A DNA stretch of 64,000 nucleotides from an uncultured Thermoproteaceae archaeon (lineage in GTDB: Archaea > Thermoproteota > Thermoprotei > Thermoproteales > Thermocladiaceae). Below, piece after piece: positions 8,376 to 19,012 of the stretch. The DNA is taken from NCBI GenBank assembly GCA_964575955.1, contig CAZNTG010000006.1, forward strand, positions 1 through 64,000, read 5' to 3'. The translations under genes and the position numbers were made by a program. Each line of letters begins with the position of its first letter. Position 1 is the stretch's first letter. Under the pieces are notes generated by a model, which ran no database searches, had not been told where the DNA came from, and saw only the letters and a list, made by a program, of their open reading frames with translations.

Positions 8376-9749
8376 CTATTTCAGTAGTAGGTGTTCATAC
8401 TGTTTTACATACTCTACACTCTCTTTAACACTCATGAATAGCTTCTTTACATACTCTACATCTTCTCTATCTACCTTGCTTTTTCCAAGTTCTTTTGCTC
8501 TTACCTGTGCTGGTGCTAGTAGTTGTATTGCATATCTCAAGCTGTGTTCTAATGCTATCTTTGTTAATGCTTCTAACGCATCTTCTGTTAATGTTACTTT
8601 CTCTTCTCTAGCTCTAATCTTAATTATCTCTCTAGCTTCTTCCTCTGTGTATGGTCTTGTCTTTATGATTATTAATCTATCAAGCATGTCTAATGGTACT
8701 CCATGTGGTGATACTTCATCTGTTCCTCTAACCTTTGCTAAACCTCTATTTGTTGCAAGTATTATTATTGGTGATAATTCGCTCTCCATAGCTCTTGATA
8801 AGAATGCCCATGCTTCAATATCTAGCATATGTGCATCATCTATAAACAAGACTCCTGGAACTAGCTCACCCTTACCTTCCTCTATAAGTTTTCTAACTTG
8901 TTCATCTGTTGCTTTTCTAATTTCTGAGGGTATTTCTCTCTCCTCAATTGCAAATCCAAATAACATTGCAGATACAAGACCTTGCTGTCTTGCAAAATAC
9001 ATATCTAGGTCGTGAAGTGTGAAGAATCTTACAATTTCCTTCTCCTTAAATACAGGTCCTTTAGGTATTTCTACTCTCCTCTTAACAGTTATGTCATACT
9101 TCTCTGATGCCTCCTCCTCAGATCTACCCTCAACAATAACTCTACCAGTCTCTGCATCAATCATTATTATATCACCTTCCTGAACTCCAAGCTCTATGAG
9201 TTGTACAGCAACTTCTTCAGGTACTCTCAAAGTCTTTTCATCATCTCTAGTTTTCAATCTTATAGTTGCTCCCACAGGTATTTGAAGATATGGATTATAT
9301 GGATGTCTACCATATCTAAAATCTATACTCTTAACAACACCTTCATACACCTTTCTCCTCTCTCTAATTCTAATACCTATAGCTCTTCTTAAAGCTCTCA
9401 TTAAGAATTCTGTCTTCTTCACCTCAATACTGTAAATTTCAGCACCTGAAAGTTGTACAAATGGTGTATCTGGTCCAAGTTCTCTAGCAATACCTATAGC
9501 TATTGCCGTCTTTCCTGTTCCTGGAGGTCCAACTATGAGTACTGCTTTACCTCCAAACTTTCCCTCTTTAATAAGCTTAACAACGTAGTATGCTGCCTCT
9601 CTTGCCTCTATCTGTCCTACAAATCCATCTGCCATAAATTGTACTTTTCCATCACGAACACCTAGACCTTTAATATGGCTATGGAGACCAACTCTTTCAA
9701 ATCTTCGTTGTTCAGAGGGTGGTACTTCTTCGATTCGTATCTCCGGCAT
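8376..9749 (-). CDS. RuvB-like AAA+ ATPase TIP49
   Basis: HSHIKGLG, GPPGTGKT, TLHDLD, GVLFIDDAH, SPHGVPLDMLDR, SLRYAIQL. Confidence 0.96.
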   Translation of the reverse strand: MPEIRIEEVPPSEQRRFERVGLHSHIKGLGVRDGKVQFMADGFVGQIEAREAAYYVVKLIKEGKFGGKAVLIVGPPGTGKTAIAIGIARELGPDTPFVQLSGAEIYSIEVKKTEFLMRALRRAIGIRIRERRKVYEGVVKSIDFRYGRHPYNPYLQIPVGATIRLKTRDDEKTLRVPEEVAVQLIELGVQEGDIIMIDAETGRVIVEGRSEEEASEKYDITVKRRVEIPKGPVFKEKEIVRFFTLHDLDMYFARQQGLVSAMLFGFAIEEREIPSEIRKATDEQVRKLIEEGKGELVPGVLFIDDAHMLDIEAWAFLSRAMESELSPIIILATNRGLAKVRGTDEVSPHGVPLDMLDRLIIIKTRPYTEEEAREIIKIRAREEKVTLTEDALEALTKIALEHSLRYAIQLLAPAQVRAKELGKSKVDREDVEYVKKLFMSVKESVEYVKQYEHLLLK

Positions 9750-9873
9750 GACATTTAATACTTAAATATTGTTAGCTTATAAACGTTTGGTATAGTAGAT
9801 ATGTATACTATATCCACACTACATGTCGAAAAATGAACATTACTAGAGAAACTTTATGATAATGACACCCATG

Positions 9874-9887
9874 TTCGAAATTTCGAA
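9874..9887. promoter_or_regulatory. Perfect 14-bp palindrome; candidate operator
   Basis: ttcgaaatttcgaa in the divergent intergenic region just upstream of an HTH regulator. Confidence 0.45.
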
Positions 9888-9940
9888 TAAAATATATGCT
9901 TTAATTTCTCATACACATGAATATCCTCTGGAGATCAGAC

Positions 9941-10363
9941 ATGACTATTATAAACGTTGCTGAAACTAGAGAGAATATGTTGAAGTTCTACGAGATTCTC
10001 CGAACCCTGACAGGACTTTCACAGTGCGATTTTGACATATACTTATTCATGCTTAAGATTTATAGAAAAACCGGAGAACCATTAACTGTTAGTGAATTAA
10101 CTCAACTATTAGGTAAATCTAGAAGTGCTATAGAGCGAACAATATTAAAATTACATAAATCAAACTTCATAATTAGAAGACAAACATTATCAAGATCTGG
10201 AGGTTACACATATGTATACTATCCAAAAAGTCTTGATGAAATTAAGAAAATGCTTAATGAGAAATTAGAAGAGTTTTATAAAAATGCTAAAGAAATTATA
10301 AGTAATATGGAACATGTTGTTAATAATAAGATATCTCTAGATGATAGCTATGGTGAAGGTTAG
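9941..10363 (+). CDS. TrmB-like winged-helix transcriptional regulator
   Basis: GLSQCDFDIY...LTVSELTQLLGKSRSAIERTILKL...GGYTYVYYP; start at 9941 or 9917. Confidence 0.85.
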   Translation: MTIINVAETRENMLKFYEILRTLTGLSQCDFDIYLFMLKIYRKTGEPLTVSELTQLLGKSRSAIERTILKLHKSNFIIRRQTLSRSGGYTYVYYPKSLDEIKKMLNEKLEEFYKNAKEIISNMEHVVNNKISLDDSYGEG

Positions 10364-11304
10364 CTAGGTAGTACTTTCTCAAATACTTTTTCACAAATAT
10401 TTCTAATCCAATCTATAGCTTTTCTAAACTTCTCTCTCTCAAGATTGTCAAGTTCTATCTCAATAATCTTCTCAACACCTCTAGATCCGACTAGTGCAGG
10501 TACTTCAGCAACAACATCATCTTCACCATACTCTCCTTTTAGTAATGTTGATACTATGTGTACTCTCTTTCTATCTCTTATAATTGTATCTACAAGCTCT
10601 GAAACTCCTGCACCAACTGCATGAGATGCGCTCCAACCTTTCAATTTTATTATCTCTTCTCCAGACTTTACAACTTTTTCACAAATTTGTAAAATCTCAT
10701 CATCATTCAATATCTTTCTAATTGGAATACCATAAACTTTTGTTTGTGATATTACTGGAACCATCATTTCACCATGTTGTCCTATAACATATGCTTCTAC
10801 ACATGTTGTAGATATGTTCAATCTCTTAGCTATGTAGTATCTATATCTTCCTGAGTCTAGTATACCACTAAATCCAATAACTCTTTCTCTTGGAAATTCT
10901 AGAACTTTCAAGGCTAGGTGTGTCATTATATCTACAGGATTTGTAACGACTATAACTATGCTATTTGATGCGTATTCTCTAACTTTTTCACATATTGATT
11001 TCACAATCTTTCCATTCTCTATAGCTAGCTCTTCTCTAGTCATTCCTGGCTTTCTTGCAAATCCTGCTGTTATGATAACTATATCTGAGCCATAGATATC
11101 CTTCATATCGTTTGATCCTTCAATATCTACGTCTATACCCAATATTGATGCTGCATGTGCAATATCTAGCGCCTCTCCTTGTGGTAGTCCCTGTACTATA
11201 TCTATAAGTTGTATATCACAGATTCCTCTCATCATTAGAAATATTGCACATGCAGTTCCTACTCTACCTGAACCTACTATAGATACTTTAGGTCTAGTCT
11301 TCAT
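10360..11304 (-). CDS. mdh: Malate dehydrogenase (LDH-like)
   Basis: GSGRVG, ARKPGMTREEL, NPVD, LDSGR, GQHG. Confidence 0.92.
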   Translation of the reverse strand: MKTRPKVSIVGSGRVGTACAIFLMMRGICDIQLIDIVQGLPQGEALDIAHAASILGIDVDIEGSNDMKDIYGSDIVIITAGFARKPGMTREELAIENGKIVKSICEKVREYASNSIVIVVTNPVDIMTHLALKVLEFPRERVIGFSGILDSGRYRYYIAKRLNISTTCVEAYVIGQHGEMMVPVISQTKVYGIPIRKILNDDEILQICEKVVKSGEEIIKLKGWSASHAVGAGVSELVDTIIRDRKRVHIVSTLLKGEYGEDDVVAEVPALVGSRGVEKIIEIELDNLEREKFRKAIDWIRNICEKVFEKVLPS

Positions 11305-11311
11305 GTGTATG

Positions 11312-12508
11312 CTATATTCTTCCAGATATTACTAAATTAACTAACTCTGAAACTGTGTTTAATATTGTTGGCGAGTATGATAGTCTAAGTATTGTGTCTG
11401 GATCTTTCAATCCATGTCCTGTAGCTATTAGAACACATGTATCATCTCTACCTATAGTACCCTCATCTAGAAGTTTTAGATATCCTGCTAAGCTTGCAGC
11501 ACTTGCTGGTTCAACACCAATACCTTCAAGTCCAAGCATTTTCTGTGCATTTATTATCTCTTCATCTGTAACTGTTATGAATGTTCCACCACTATACTTC
11601 ACAGCTCTCCAAGCTCTATACCAATTTACAGGTTTTCCAATTCTTATAGCTGATGCTATTGTATTTGGCGAATTTGTGAATAGTGGTTCTTCTAGACCCA
11701 TCTTCCACGCCTTGGCTATTGGTGATGCACCTTCAGCCTGTACACCAATCATCTTTGGTACTCTATCTATAAGTCCTAAACTTTTCAGTTCCTCAAAACC
11801 TTTCCATATTGCATATATGTTACCTGCATTTCCAACGGGAACTATCACATAATCTGGAACTCCAATATCTAGATAGATCTCATATGCGGCAGTCTTCTGA
11901 CCTTCAAGTCTCCAAACATTTATAGAGTTTAATGGGTATAATAGTTCTCTCTTACCAATTTTCGATAATGTTTCTAAAACTATGGATAGTGCTTTATCAA
12001 AATTGCCTTCAACCTCTAGAACTTTAGCACCATGAAGTATTGCTTGTGCAAGTTTGCCACGTGCAATACCACCTCTAGGTACAACTACTAGACATGTTAA
12101 TCCACCACGTGCAGCATATGCTGCAACACTTGCAGCTGTATTACCTGTTGATGCAACAATAACATATTTAGAACCTATAGATTTTGCAATTGATACACCT
12201 ATAGTCATACCTCTATCTTTAAATGATCCTGTTGGATTAGCTCCTTCAAATTTTACATAAACCTTACCGGGGATTCTATTCAACTTTAATAGCGGTGTAT
12301 TACCTTCTCTCAACGTTACTATCTCTCTAACTTTCGGTAATAGCGGTCTAAATGCCCATACACCAATCCATCTCTCTTCTCTAATCTTGGCAAGATCTAG
12401 CTCAACTTCAGATAAGTCTAGTATTGCATCTAGAAGTTCACCACATACATCACATTTAAACTTATACGGATCTGGTTCATACTCTCTTCCACATCTAGGA
12501 CATCTCAA
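11312..12508 (-). CDS. thrC: Threonine synthase
   Basis: NPTGSFKDRG PLP lysine, ASTGNTAAS, PVGNAGN, EPASA, TGHGLKD. Confidence 0.95.
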   Translation of the reverse strand: MRCPRCGREYEPDPYKFKCDVCGELLDAILDLSEVELDLAKIREERWIGVWAFRPLLPKVREIVTLREGNTPLLKLNRIPGKVYVKFEGANPTGSFKDRGMTIGVSIAKSIGSKYVIVASTGNTAASVAAYAARGGLTCLVVVPRGGIARGKLAQAILHGAKVLEVEGNFDKALSIVLETLSKIGKRELLYPLNSINVWRLEGQKTAAYEIYLDIGVPDYVIVPVGNAGNIYAIWKGFEELKSLGLIDRVPKMIGVQAEGASPIAKAWKMGLEEPLFTNSPNTIASAIRIGKPVNWYRAWRAVKYSGGTFITVTDEEIINAQKMLGLEGIGVEPASAASLAGYLKLLDEGTIGRDDTCVLIATGHGLKDPDTILRLSYSPTILNTVSELVNLVISGRI

Positions 12509-12593
12509 TACATATCCTGAGAATATGTCTAATCTGTTTCCAGATTATTCACCAAGTATTGACGATGTATCTACACGATTTATAAGTATGACC

Positions 12594-12842
12594 CTATCTT
12601 CTCCTTGTGGTAGATTCTTCACTCCTCAATACTACATATGCAATATTTACAGTAGCTGTAAATGAGAGTACACAAATTGCTGCATATATCATAGATCTAA
12701 AACCTGAAAGTGATCCAAATTTCACACCTTCAATTAGGAAGTATGTTACTAATCCACCTACAAATATCATATATATTATACACACTATACAGCTAACAAA
12801 GGACATAATCCTCAAAATATTCACTATCTTCTCTCTAGTCAT
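12594..12842 (-). CDS. Small membrane protein (2 TM)
   Basis: 82 aa with two hydrophobic segments and a basic C-terminus. Confidence 0.55.
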   Translation of the reverse strand: MTREKIVNILRIMSFVSCIVCIIYMIFVGGLVTYFLIEGVKFGSLSGFRSMIYAAICVLSFTATVNIAYVVLRSEESTTRRR

Positions 12843-12903
12843 GTATCATAGTTGAGAAATGGTATATAAAGGAATTACTATACATAGACTAAGAGTCGAC
12901 TAC

Positions 12904-13506
12904 ATGAAGAGAGTAGTATATTTAGGAAGACACTTAATGCTGAGATCTACATACATTAAGAAAATTCTCGAATGTGGTGTTGGTGGTATAGCTAGAACTA
13001 TAAGAGTAGGAATTGTAAAACCAAAATTTAGAGAAGTATATATACATAGTGCAGGTAAAGTAGTTGCAAAAGCAGAAATTGTAAATGTGATATATAAGAA
13101 AATTTCAGAACTTACAGATGAAGATGCAAAACTTGACGGTTTTGAAAATAGAAGACAACTTATTAAAGAACTTTCAAAGATATATGGAAAATTAAATCCA
13201 AATACACCAGTAACAATATTAGAATTAAAAATTTTAGAATATTTAGACTTATCTGATGATGAAGTTAATGCTAAGTTGAGTCCTGTAGAAATTGCAAGAC
13301 TAGCACTATATTACAATGTTCCATTAACAGAAGAGGAGAAGAGACTGCTAAGACAATTATTAGAGGTTGGTAGCCTTAGAAAACTTGCAATAAAGCTATA
13401 CGGTACAATTGAGAAGAGGTGGATTATTAGAAAAGTTGTTAGAAAAGCATTAAGACTACTACAAGAACTTCAGAAAAAACAATCTGAATTAAGAACAAAT
13501 GCGTAA
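12904..13506 (+). CDS. ASCH domain protein with C-terminal HTH-like extension
   Basis: RTIRVG, ELTDEDAKLDGF...LSKIYG; start at 12904 or 12859. Confidence 0.85.
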   Translation: MKRVVYLGRHLMLRSTYIKKILECGVGGIARTIRVGIVKPKFREVYIHSAGKVVAKAEIVNVIYKKISELTDEDAKLDGFENRRQLIKELSKIYGKLNPNTPVTILELKILEYLDLSDDEVNAKLSPVEIARLALYYNVPLTEEEKRLLRQLLEVGSLRKLAIKLYGTIEKRWIIRKVVRKALRLLQELQKKQSELRTNA

Positions 13507-14557
13507 ACTATGGTTTATAATAACAACAGGAAAATGTAATTTAAAATGTAGATACTGTGGTGGCTCATTTCCTGAGAAGTATGTGCCATACAGAGTTAAG
13601 TATAGTATAGAGTTGTTGAGAAGTATTATAAGACCTATAGATAATGTATGTTTCTACGGTGGTGAACCACTACTAAACTTCGAAGATATGTATAACATAG
13701 TTAAGAGCATAAATGCTAGAAAATTTATAATTCAAACAAATGCAACATTAATAAAGAATATACCAAGATGGTTTTGGAATTTTATAGATACAGTACTAGT
13801 ATCTCTAGATGGTATTGAAGAAATTACAGATAAGTATAGAGGTGTTGGAGTATATAGAAAAGTTATAGATTCTGTAAAATATTTAAGAAAGATTGGATTT
13901 AGAGGTGAGATAATTGCTAGAATGACAGTTACAGAAGATTCTGATATTTATAGAGATGTTACACATCTACTAAAATTAAATCTATTTGATAAAATTCATT
14001 GGCAACTCAATGTTGTATGGTGTGATAGGTGGGATTTTGAATCTTGGGCATATAGATCATACATTCCTGGATTTAGAAAGCTTGTTGAGATGTTTCTACA
14101 ATATGCTGAGAGTGGTACTATTTTGAAGATTGTTCCAATAACTGGAATATTGACATCTATACTATTTAAACCATTTACTGGTGTTCCATGTGGTGCAGGT
14201 TATAGATCATTCACCATAAATAGTGATGGTAGAATTATTGCATGTCCAATAGCTGTACGTGAAGATTGGGCTATTGTTGGTGATGTGTATACTGGAGTTA
14301 AGAAGATTGTTGAGATTGGTGAACCATGTAGATCATGTACATATTTCAAATATTGTGGTGGTAGATGTCTATATGCATATTTTGAACGTAATTGGGGTTT
14401 TGAAGGTTTTGAAGCTATATGTGATGTAACTAGGAGATGTATTGAATATGTATTGAAGATTAGTGAGAGAATTAGACACTTGATAAATATTGGAGTTGTG
14501 AGGAGAGAAGATATTTTTCAAGATGGTATTGAAGATAGTACGGAGATTATACCCTAG
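13499..14557 (+). CDS. Radical SAM/SPASM protein (AF0577 / TIGR04084-like)
   Basis: TTGKCNLKCRYCGGSF, FYGGEP, IHWQL, CGAG, CRSC...CGGRC, C-terminal EIIP. Confidence 0.88.
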   Translation: MRKLWFIITTGKCNLKCRYCGGSFPEKYVPYRVKYSIELLRSIIRPIDNVCFYGGEPLLNFEDMYNIVKSINARKFIIQTNATLIKNIPRWFWNFIDTVLVSLDGIEEITDKYRGVGVYRKVIDSVKYLRKIGFRGEIIARMTVTEDSDIYRDVTHLLKLNLFDKIHWQLNVVWCDRWDFESWAYRSYIPGFRKLVEMFLQYAESGTILKIVPITGILTSILFKPFTGVPCGAGYRSFTINSDGRIIACPIAVREDWAIVGDVYTGVKKIVEIGEPCRSCTYFKYCGGRCLYAYFERNWGFEGFEAICDVTRRCIEYVLKISERIRHLINIGVVRREDIFQDGIEDSTEIIP

Positions 14558-14563
14558 TCCTAC

Positions 14564-15913
14564 TTATGCAACTAGTAGATATTGTTCATACTCCCAGTTT
14601 GTTATTGTTGTTATAGTTTCCTCCCATGGCTTTCCAATAGCTTCACAATAGCTTTCCCACTCCTTCTTCTTCAATTCTACATACTTCTTAACTATCTCTT
14701 GTGGAAGCATTTGAGCAATTTCACTCTTCTCAAATAGCTCTATCGCCTCACCTAGATGTTTTGGTGTTTCAGGAACGTTTGGTAATTCGTATGCTACATC
14801 TTCTGTTGGTGCTCCTGGATCAATCTTATTTTCAACACCTCTAATCATTGCTAATGCCATTACTGCAAATGCTAGATATGGATTGAATGATGGGTCTGGT
14901 TCTCTATACTCGATTCTGTTAATCTTTCTCTTGTAGAATGGTACTCTAACTAGTACACTCCTGTTTGCATATCCCCAAACTATTCTCGTAGGTGCTTCAT
15001 GTCCTGGTACTAGTCTCTTATATGAGTTTACTGTTGGTGCAACTATTGCACTTATCTCACGTGCATACTTTAGTATTCCTCCAATAGCGTATGCACATAT
15101 CTCTGTAATTTTCTCACTTGCCTTGAATAGGTTCTCTCCAGTCTTTATATCGTAAATACTTAAGTGTGTGTGTGCACCACTACCATTAATACCCCAGAAT
15201 GGTTTTGGCATGAATGTTGTCTCAAGTCCGTACTGTCTTGCTATGTCTTTTGTCATTATCTTAAACATGAGTACTTTATCTCCAGTCTTTACAGGATTGT
15301 CTGCAGGTATGTTAATCTCATACTGGCTTGGTGCTACTTCATGATGTACTTTTGATGTTCCAAAACCTGCAAGTTCGAAATGTGTCTGTATTTCTAGTAT
15401 AGGCTTCATCTGCATATGTACATTATAACCTTCAAAGTATACTCCTGGATCTGCAAGTTGTGGTTTACCATCAACAACTTTGACAATGAAGAATTCCATC
15501 TCAACACCAGCTTTAACATCATAACCCTTCTTTCTAATCTCATTCAACACTCCCATCAAGACATTTCTAGGATCTAGTGGATGTGGATATCCTGAATCGT
15601 CAATGACTGATAGAAATACTGATGCAAGTTTACCACCATTCCAAGTCTCTATAAACACACTTCTACAATCTGGTAGTGCTACAAAGTCACTCTTATTCAC
15701 TGTAGCATATGCAGGTATTGATGAGCCATCAAATGGCATTCCACCTGTGAATATGTCTTTTGCAGCATCTATCTGAACTATTTCACATTTTGGTCTACCA
15801 TATATGTCTGATAGTACAAACTTCACATATTTAACACCAGCACCTTTGAGTAATCTCCACACATCTAGTGGATCTACTTTCGTTATTTGATCAAGAATCT
15901 CCTTACTAAGCAT
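14564..15913 (-). CDS. glnA: Glutamine synthetase type I
   Basis: FDGSSI, EMEFF, HHEVAPSQYE, FMPKPFWGINGSGAH, NSYKRLVPGHEAP, RIEYR. Confidence 0.96.
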   Translation of the reverse strand: MLSKEILDQITKVDPLDVWRLLKGAGVKYVKFVLSDIYGRPKCEIVQIDAAKDIFTGGMPFDGSSIPAYATVNKSDFVALPDCRSVFIETWNGGKLASVFLSVIDDSGYPHPLDPRNVLMGVLNEIRKKGYDVKAGVEMEFFIVKVVDGKPQLADPGVYFEGYNVHMQMKPILEIQTHFELAGFGTSKVHHEVAPSQYEINIPADNPVKTGDKVLMFKIMTKDIARQYGLETTFMPKPFWGINGSGAHTHLSIYDIKTGENLFKASEKITEICAYAIGGILKYAREISAIVAPTVNSYKRLVPGHEAPTRIVWGYANRSVLVRVPFYKRKINRIEYREPDPSFNPYLAFAVMALAMIRGVENKIDPGAPTEDVAYELPNVPETPKHLGEAIELFEKSEIAQMLPQEIVKKYVELKKKEWESYCEAIGKPWEETITTITNWEYEQYLLVA

Positions 15914-16093
15914 GAAGACTTCGATAACTTACGAGCTATAAAGGTGTTATATCAAAATAAATTCAAAAATGAAGTTTAAAATTGGCAAAGTGACAAGTAG
16001 ACCATGTAGATTGTCGACATTTTCAAACTATACGGCTCGATATATCTTCCACATGCATATATTAGCCTAATATTTCAAGTGAGTATATGAGTA

Positions 16094-16669
16094 TTGATGA
16101 TACTTGCAAAGACAGAGATTGAAAAATTGATAGAGTCTGGAAGACTTATAATAGAACCACTATTTGAAGATTCCATACGTGAAAATGGTATTGACTTAAG
16201 GATAGGTAATGAGTATGCAATATACTCACTTGAAAATGTTCCAATAGATCCATGCAGTATAGATGATGCATCAGAATACTTTAGAATAGTTAAGGCTGAT
16301 GGTAGGATTGTCATACCACCAAGAAACTTCGTACTATTAACAACTATAGAGTATGTGAAACTTCCTGAAAATATTATCGGTCTCTGTAATCTTAGAAGTA
16401 CATTAGCAAGATACGGACTTTCAATACCACCAACAGTTGTTGATGCAGGTTTTGAAGGTACGTTAACTATAGAAGTGGTAAATAATAGTCCAAATCCAAT
16501 AATCTTGAGAACAGGTATGAGATTTCTACATCTAGTATTACTAAAATGTGAAGGTGAAGCTAAGTATCTAGGTAAGTATCTAGGACAGAGAGGTGTTAGA
16601 CCTCCGAAAGGATTGAAAGATGAGTGTATAAAGGCTGAACAAATAATTAGAAAGATTAGAGATTTGTGA
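16094..16669 (+). CDS. dcd: dCTP deaminase
   Basis: GIDLRIG, RSTLARYG, VDAGFEGTLTIE, GKYLGQ. Confidence 0.93.
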   Translation: MMILAKTEIEKLIESGRLIIEPLFEDSIRENGIDLRIGNEYAIYSLENVPIDPCSIDDASEYFRIVKADGRIVIPPRNFVLLTTIEYVKLPENIIGLCNLRSTLARYGLSIPPTVVDAGFEGTLTIEVVNNSPNPIILRTGMRFLHLVLLKCEGEAKYLGKYLGQRGVRPPKGLKDECIKAEQIIRKIRDL

Positions 16670-17958
16670 AGTATATAGTTGGCATAGATGATTGCGATAG
16701 TCATTTTGGAGGATGTACAACATATGTAGCCTATAAATTAGCAAAATACTTAATAAAGCACGAGAATAGCATAAAGATAATACCAATACCAAACTTAGTT
16801 AGATTAAACCCATACATACCATTTAAAACAAGAGGAAACGCAGCAGTTAAATTAGTGATAGAGAGTGATGAAAATGATAAGGATGTATTAAATACAATAT
16901 TAAACATAGTTGAAAATTATCGTGAAAAGAGAGGTAAGGCAAGTCCAGGAATAGCACTAGTAGAATACGATATTAATAAGTTGAAAATACTCTATAAGCT
17001 GTATGTAAAGGCTATAGTTGATGTCGTAACATTAGACATAGTTGAGAATATCTGTGAAAAACTTAATATTAAGACTGTTGGTGGTAGAGGTCTTGTAGGT
17101 GCTGTTGCATCATTAGGATATATTCCTGACATAGATTCAACATTCGAATTACTAATCTATGGAAATCCTGAAATCAAGAAATCTATAGATATAGATTTTA
17201 AAATTATGAAATTTCTAGATAGAGTATATAGACCATACACATTTTCAAACATAGATGAGAAACGTGAACATATACTGATATTTCCTACAGGTCCTGACCC
17301 TGTAATAGCTGGTATTAGAGGTGATTCACCAATACATGTAATATCTCTTGGTTCAATAATATTGAACTTGCTGAAGAATAATTTAGAGGGATGGATGTTA
17401 TATAGAACAAATCAATGTACAAATATTCATTTAGAGAGAAGAAGTTTAAGAGATAGATCATTTAATCCATGTAAGATTATTCAAATAGTAGAGGAAGAAT
17501 ATAGAACTGAAGATAGACATCTCATATGTAAGACTAATACTAGAATTAGTATATTCTCCTATAGACATCTTGGAGATATTACAACAAGTATTGAAAAATC
17601 TTTAGGAAATATTATAGAAACTTGGGGTGGTTTAAAGTTGAAAGATGGGGAATACTATGTATATGTTGAAGGTTTTAGACCACTATCGTTTAGATTAGTA
17701 ATATTGAGAAATCCTAAATGTCCACATTGTGGACATACATTAAAATCTAAAGGTAGATCTAGAGGTTTTTATTGTGAAAAATGTGGAAAATATATCAAAG
17801 AAATTACTAAGGGTGTTATACCATGTATAGATATTAAACCTAGAATATACCTACCTGATAAGTCAGAGTTTAGACATTTAATGAAAGTTTTAGAAAGATT
17901 TGGTATTGAAAATTTCTCAAACATATTTCCTGAAGATATACCACTATGGATAATCTAG
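16666..17958 (+). CDS. tiaS: tRNA(Ile2) agmatinylcytidine synthase TiaS
   Basis: GIDDCDS..GGCTTY, LVRLNPYIPFKTRGNAA, GPDPVIAGIRG, TNQCT, C-terminal Zn ribbon. Confidence 0.92.
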   Translation: MKYIVGIDDCDSHFGGCTTYVAYKLAKYLIKHENSIKIIPIPNLVRLNPYIPFKTRGNAAVKLVIESDENDKDVLNTILNIVENYREKRGKASPGIALVEYDINKLKILYKLYVKAIVDVVTLDIVENICEKLNIKTVGGRGLVGAVASLGYIPDIDSTFELLIYGNPEIKKSIDIDFKIMKFLDRVYRPYTFSNIDEKREHILIFPTGPDPVIAGIRGDSPIHVISLGSIILNLLKNNLEGWMLYRTNQCTNIHLERRSLRDRSFNPCKIIQIVEEEYRTEDRHLICKTNTRISIFSYRHLGDITTSIEKSLGNIIETWGGLKLKDGEYYVYVEGFRPLSFRLVILRNPKCPHCGHTLKSKGRSRGFYCEKCGKYIKEITKGVIPCIDIKPRIYLPDKSEFRHLMKVLERFGIENFSNIFPEDIPLWII

Positions 17959-19010
17959 ATAGGACAATACACTAACTCTCTAGCAAATGGGCAAAATGCA
18001 CATGATGGACTATTACCCCAACAATCATGTCTATTACTTATTGTGAATGTGCAATATTCAACTAATTCACAATCTAGACATGACGGGTATTGTCTCATAA
18101 AGACTCTAAATCTAAACTTCACATATTCTAAGCATCTCCATATGTCTAATAGTTTTGAATTATTTAAATCTCCAAATATTATAGACTCGACTTCTCTCTC
18201 AATACCTTGTAAATATATCTTCCAGTTATGTGAAAAGAATAGGCATGGTGTTACCTTACCATCAACTCTAACATAGAATGCTCCTGACTCTACAAAGGGA
18301 CATGTGAAGGTTGATGTATTTAATCTAAAATTTGTACATTTAACACATGTTCCCTGTAGCATAAATTTAAAAGCATTTTTAGTTAAGTAAGTTCTAACAA
18401 TTTTCTCACAATCTTCACATCCAATACATGTATCCTCTAGAGTATCTTTAGATATTGGTACTATATTTGATAACACTACAATACTAAACTTCCCAACTAC
18501 ACTACTCAACACATTATCTATACTATCTACACTCTTTCTATCTATCATAACTATTAACTTAGTTGATAGTCTATGTTTAACATCTCTAAGCTTATCTATA
18601 AAATTCTCCATAATGTATAGTAACTTATCATCATGATAACTAAATACTAACTCTACCTTCTCAATATTCTTCTTAATCATATCTACATATTCTAAAATTT
18701 TTAATCCATTGGTGTTTATTAGAACTTTTCTACAATTTTTTAGAGATAGTTCTAATATTTCTTGAAAATTTGGATGTAATGTTGGTTCTCCAAATCCTGT
18801 AAATACTATCTTATCTATACAATCTTCATCTACTATCTTCTTCAATATTTCTACATCTATATACTTCTCATCTATCTTCTCTCTGAGAGAGTTTCTGAAG
18901 CAGTATCTACACTTTAAATTACATTCTGAAGATATTTCTACAACTGCTATTTTAGGTTTTGAATCTTTTTTAAATTCTATATTCCACTCTCCTAATTCAA
19001 ATTTTATCAC
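17955..19010 (-). CDS. Radical SAM/SPASM protein; tungsten-cofactor oxidoreductase maturase-like
   Basis: CNLKCRYC, GFGEP, YPSCLDC...DCWGNSPSCAFCPF; directly downstream of AOR. Confidence 0.85.
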   Translation of the reverse strand: MIKFELGEWNIEFKKDSKPKIAVVEISSECNLKCRYCFRNSLREKIDEKYIDVEILKKIVDEDCIDKIVFTGFGEPTLHPNFQEILELSLKNCRKVLINTNGLKILEYVDMIKKNIEKVELVFSYHDDKLLYIMENFIDKLRDVKHRLSTKLIVMIDRKSVDSIDNVLSSVVGKFSIVVLSNIVPISKDTLEDTCIGCEDCEKIVRTYLTKNAFKFMLQGTCVKCTNFRLNTSTFTCPFVESGAFYVRVDGKVTPCLFFSHNWKIYLQGIEREVESIIFGDLNNSKLLDIWRCLEYVKFRFRVFMRQYPSCLDCELVEYCTFTISNRHDCWGNSPSCAFCPFARELVYCPI

Positions 19011-19012
19011 GA

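Noticed and set aside
8830-8850. Walker B DDAH instead of DExH in TIP49 as a sign of inactivation
   Set aside because: As I recall, this variant is common in crenarchaeal TIP49; all other motifs are intact
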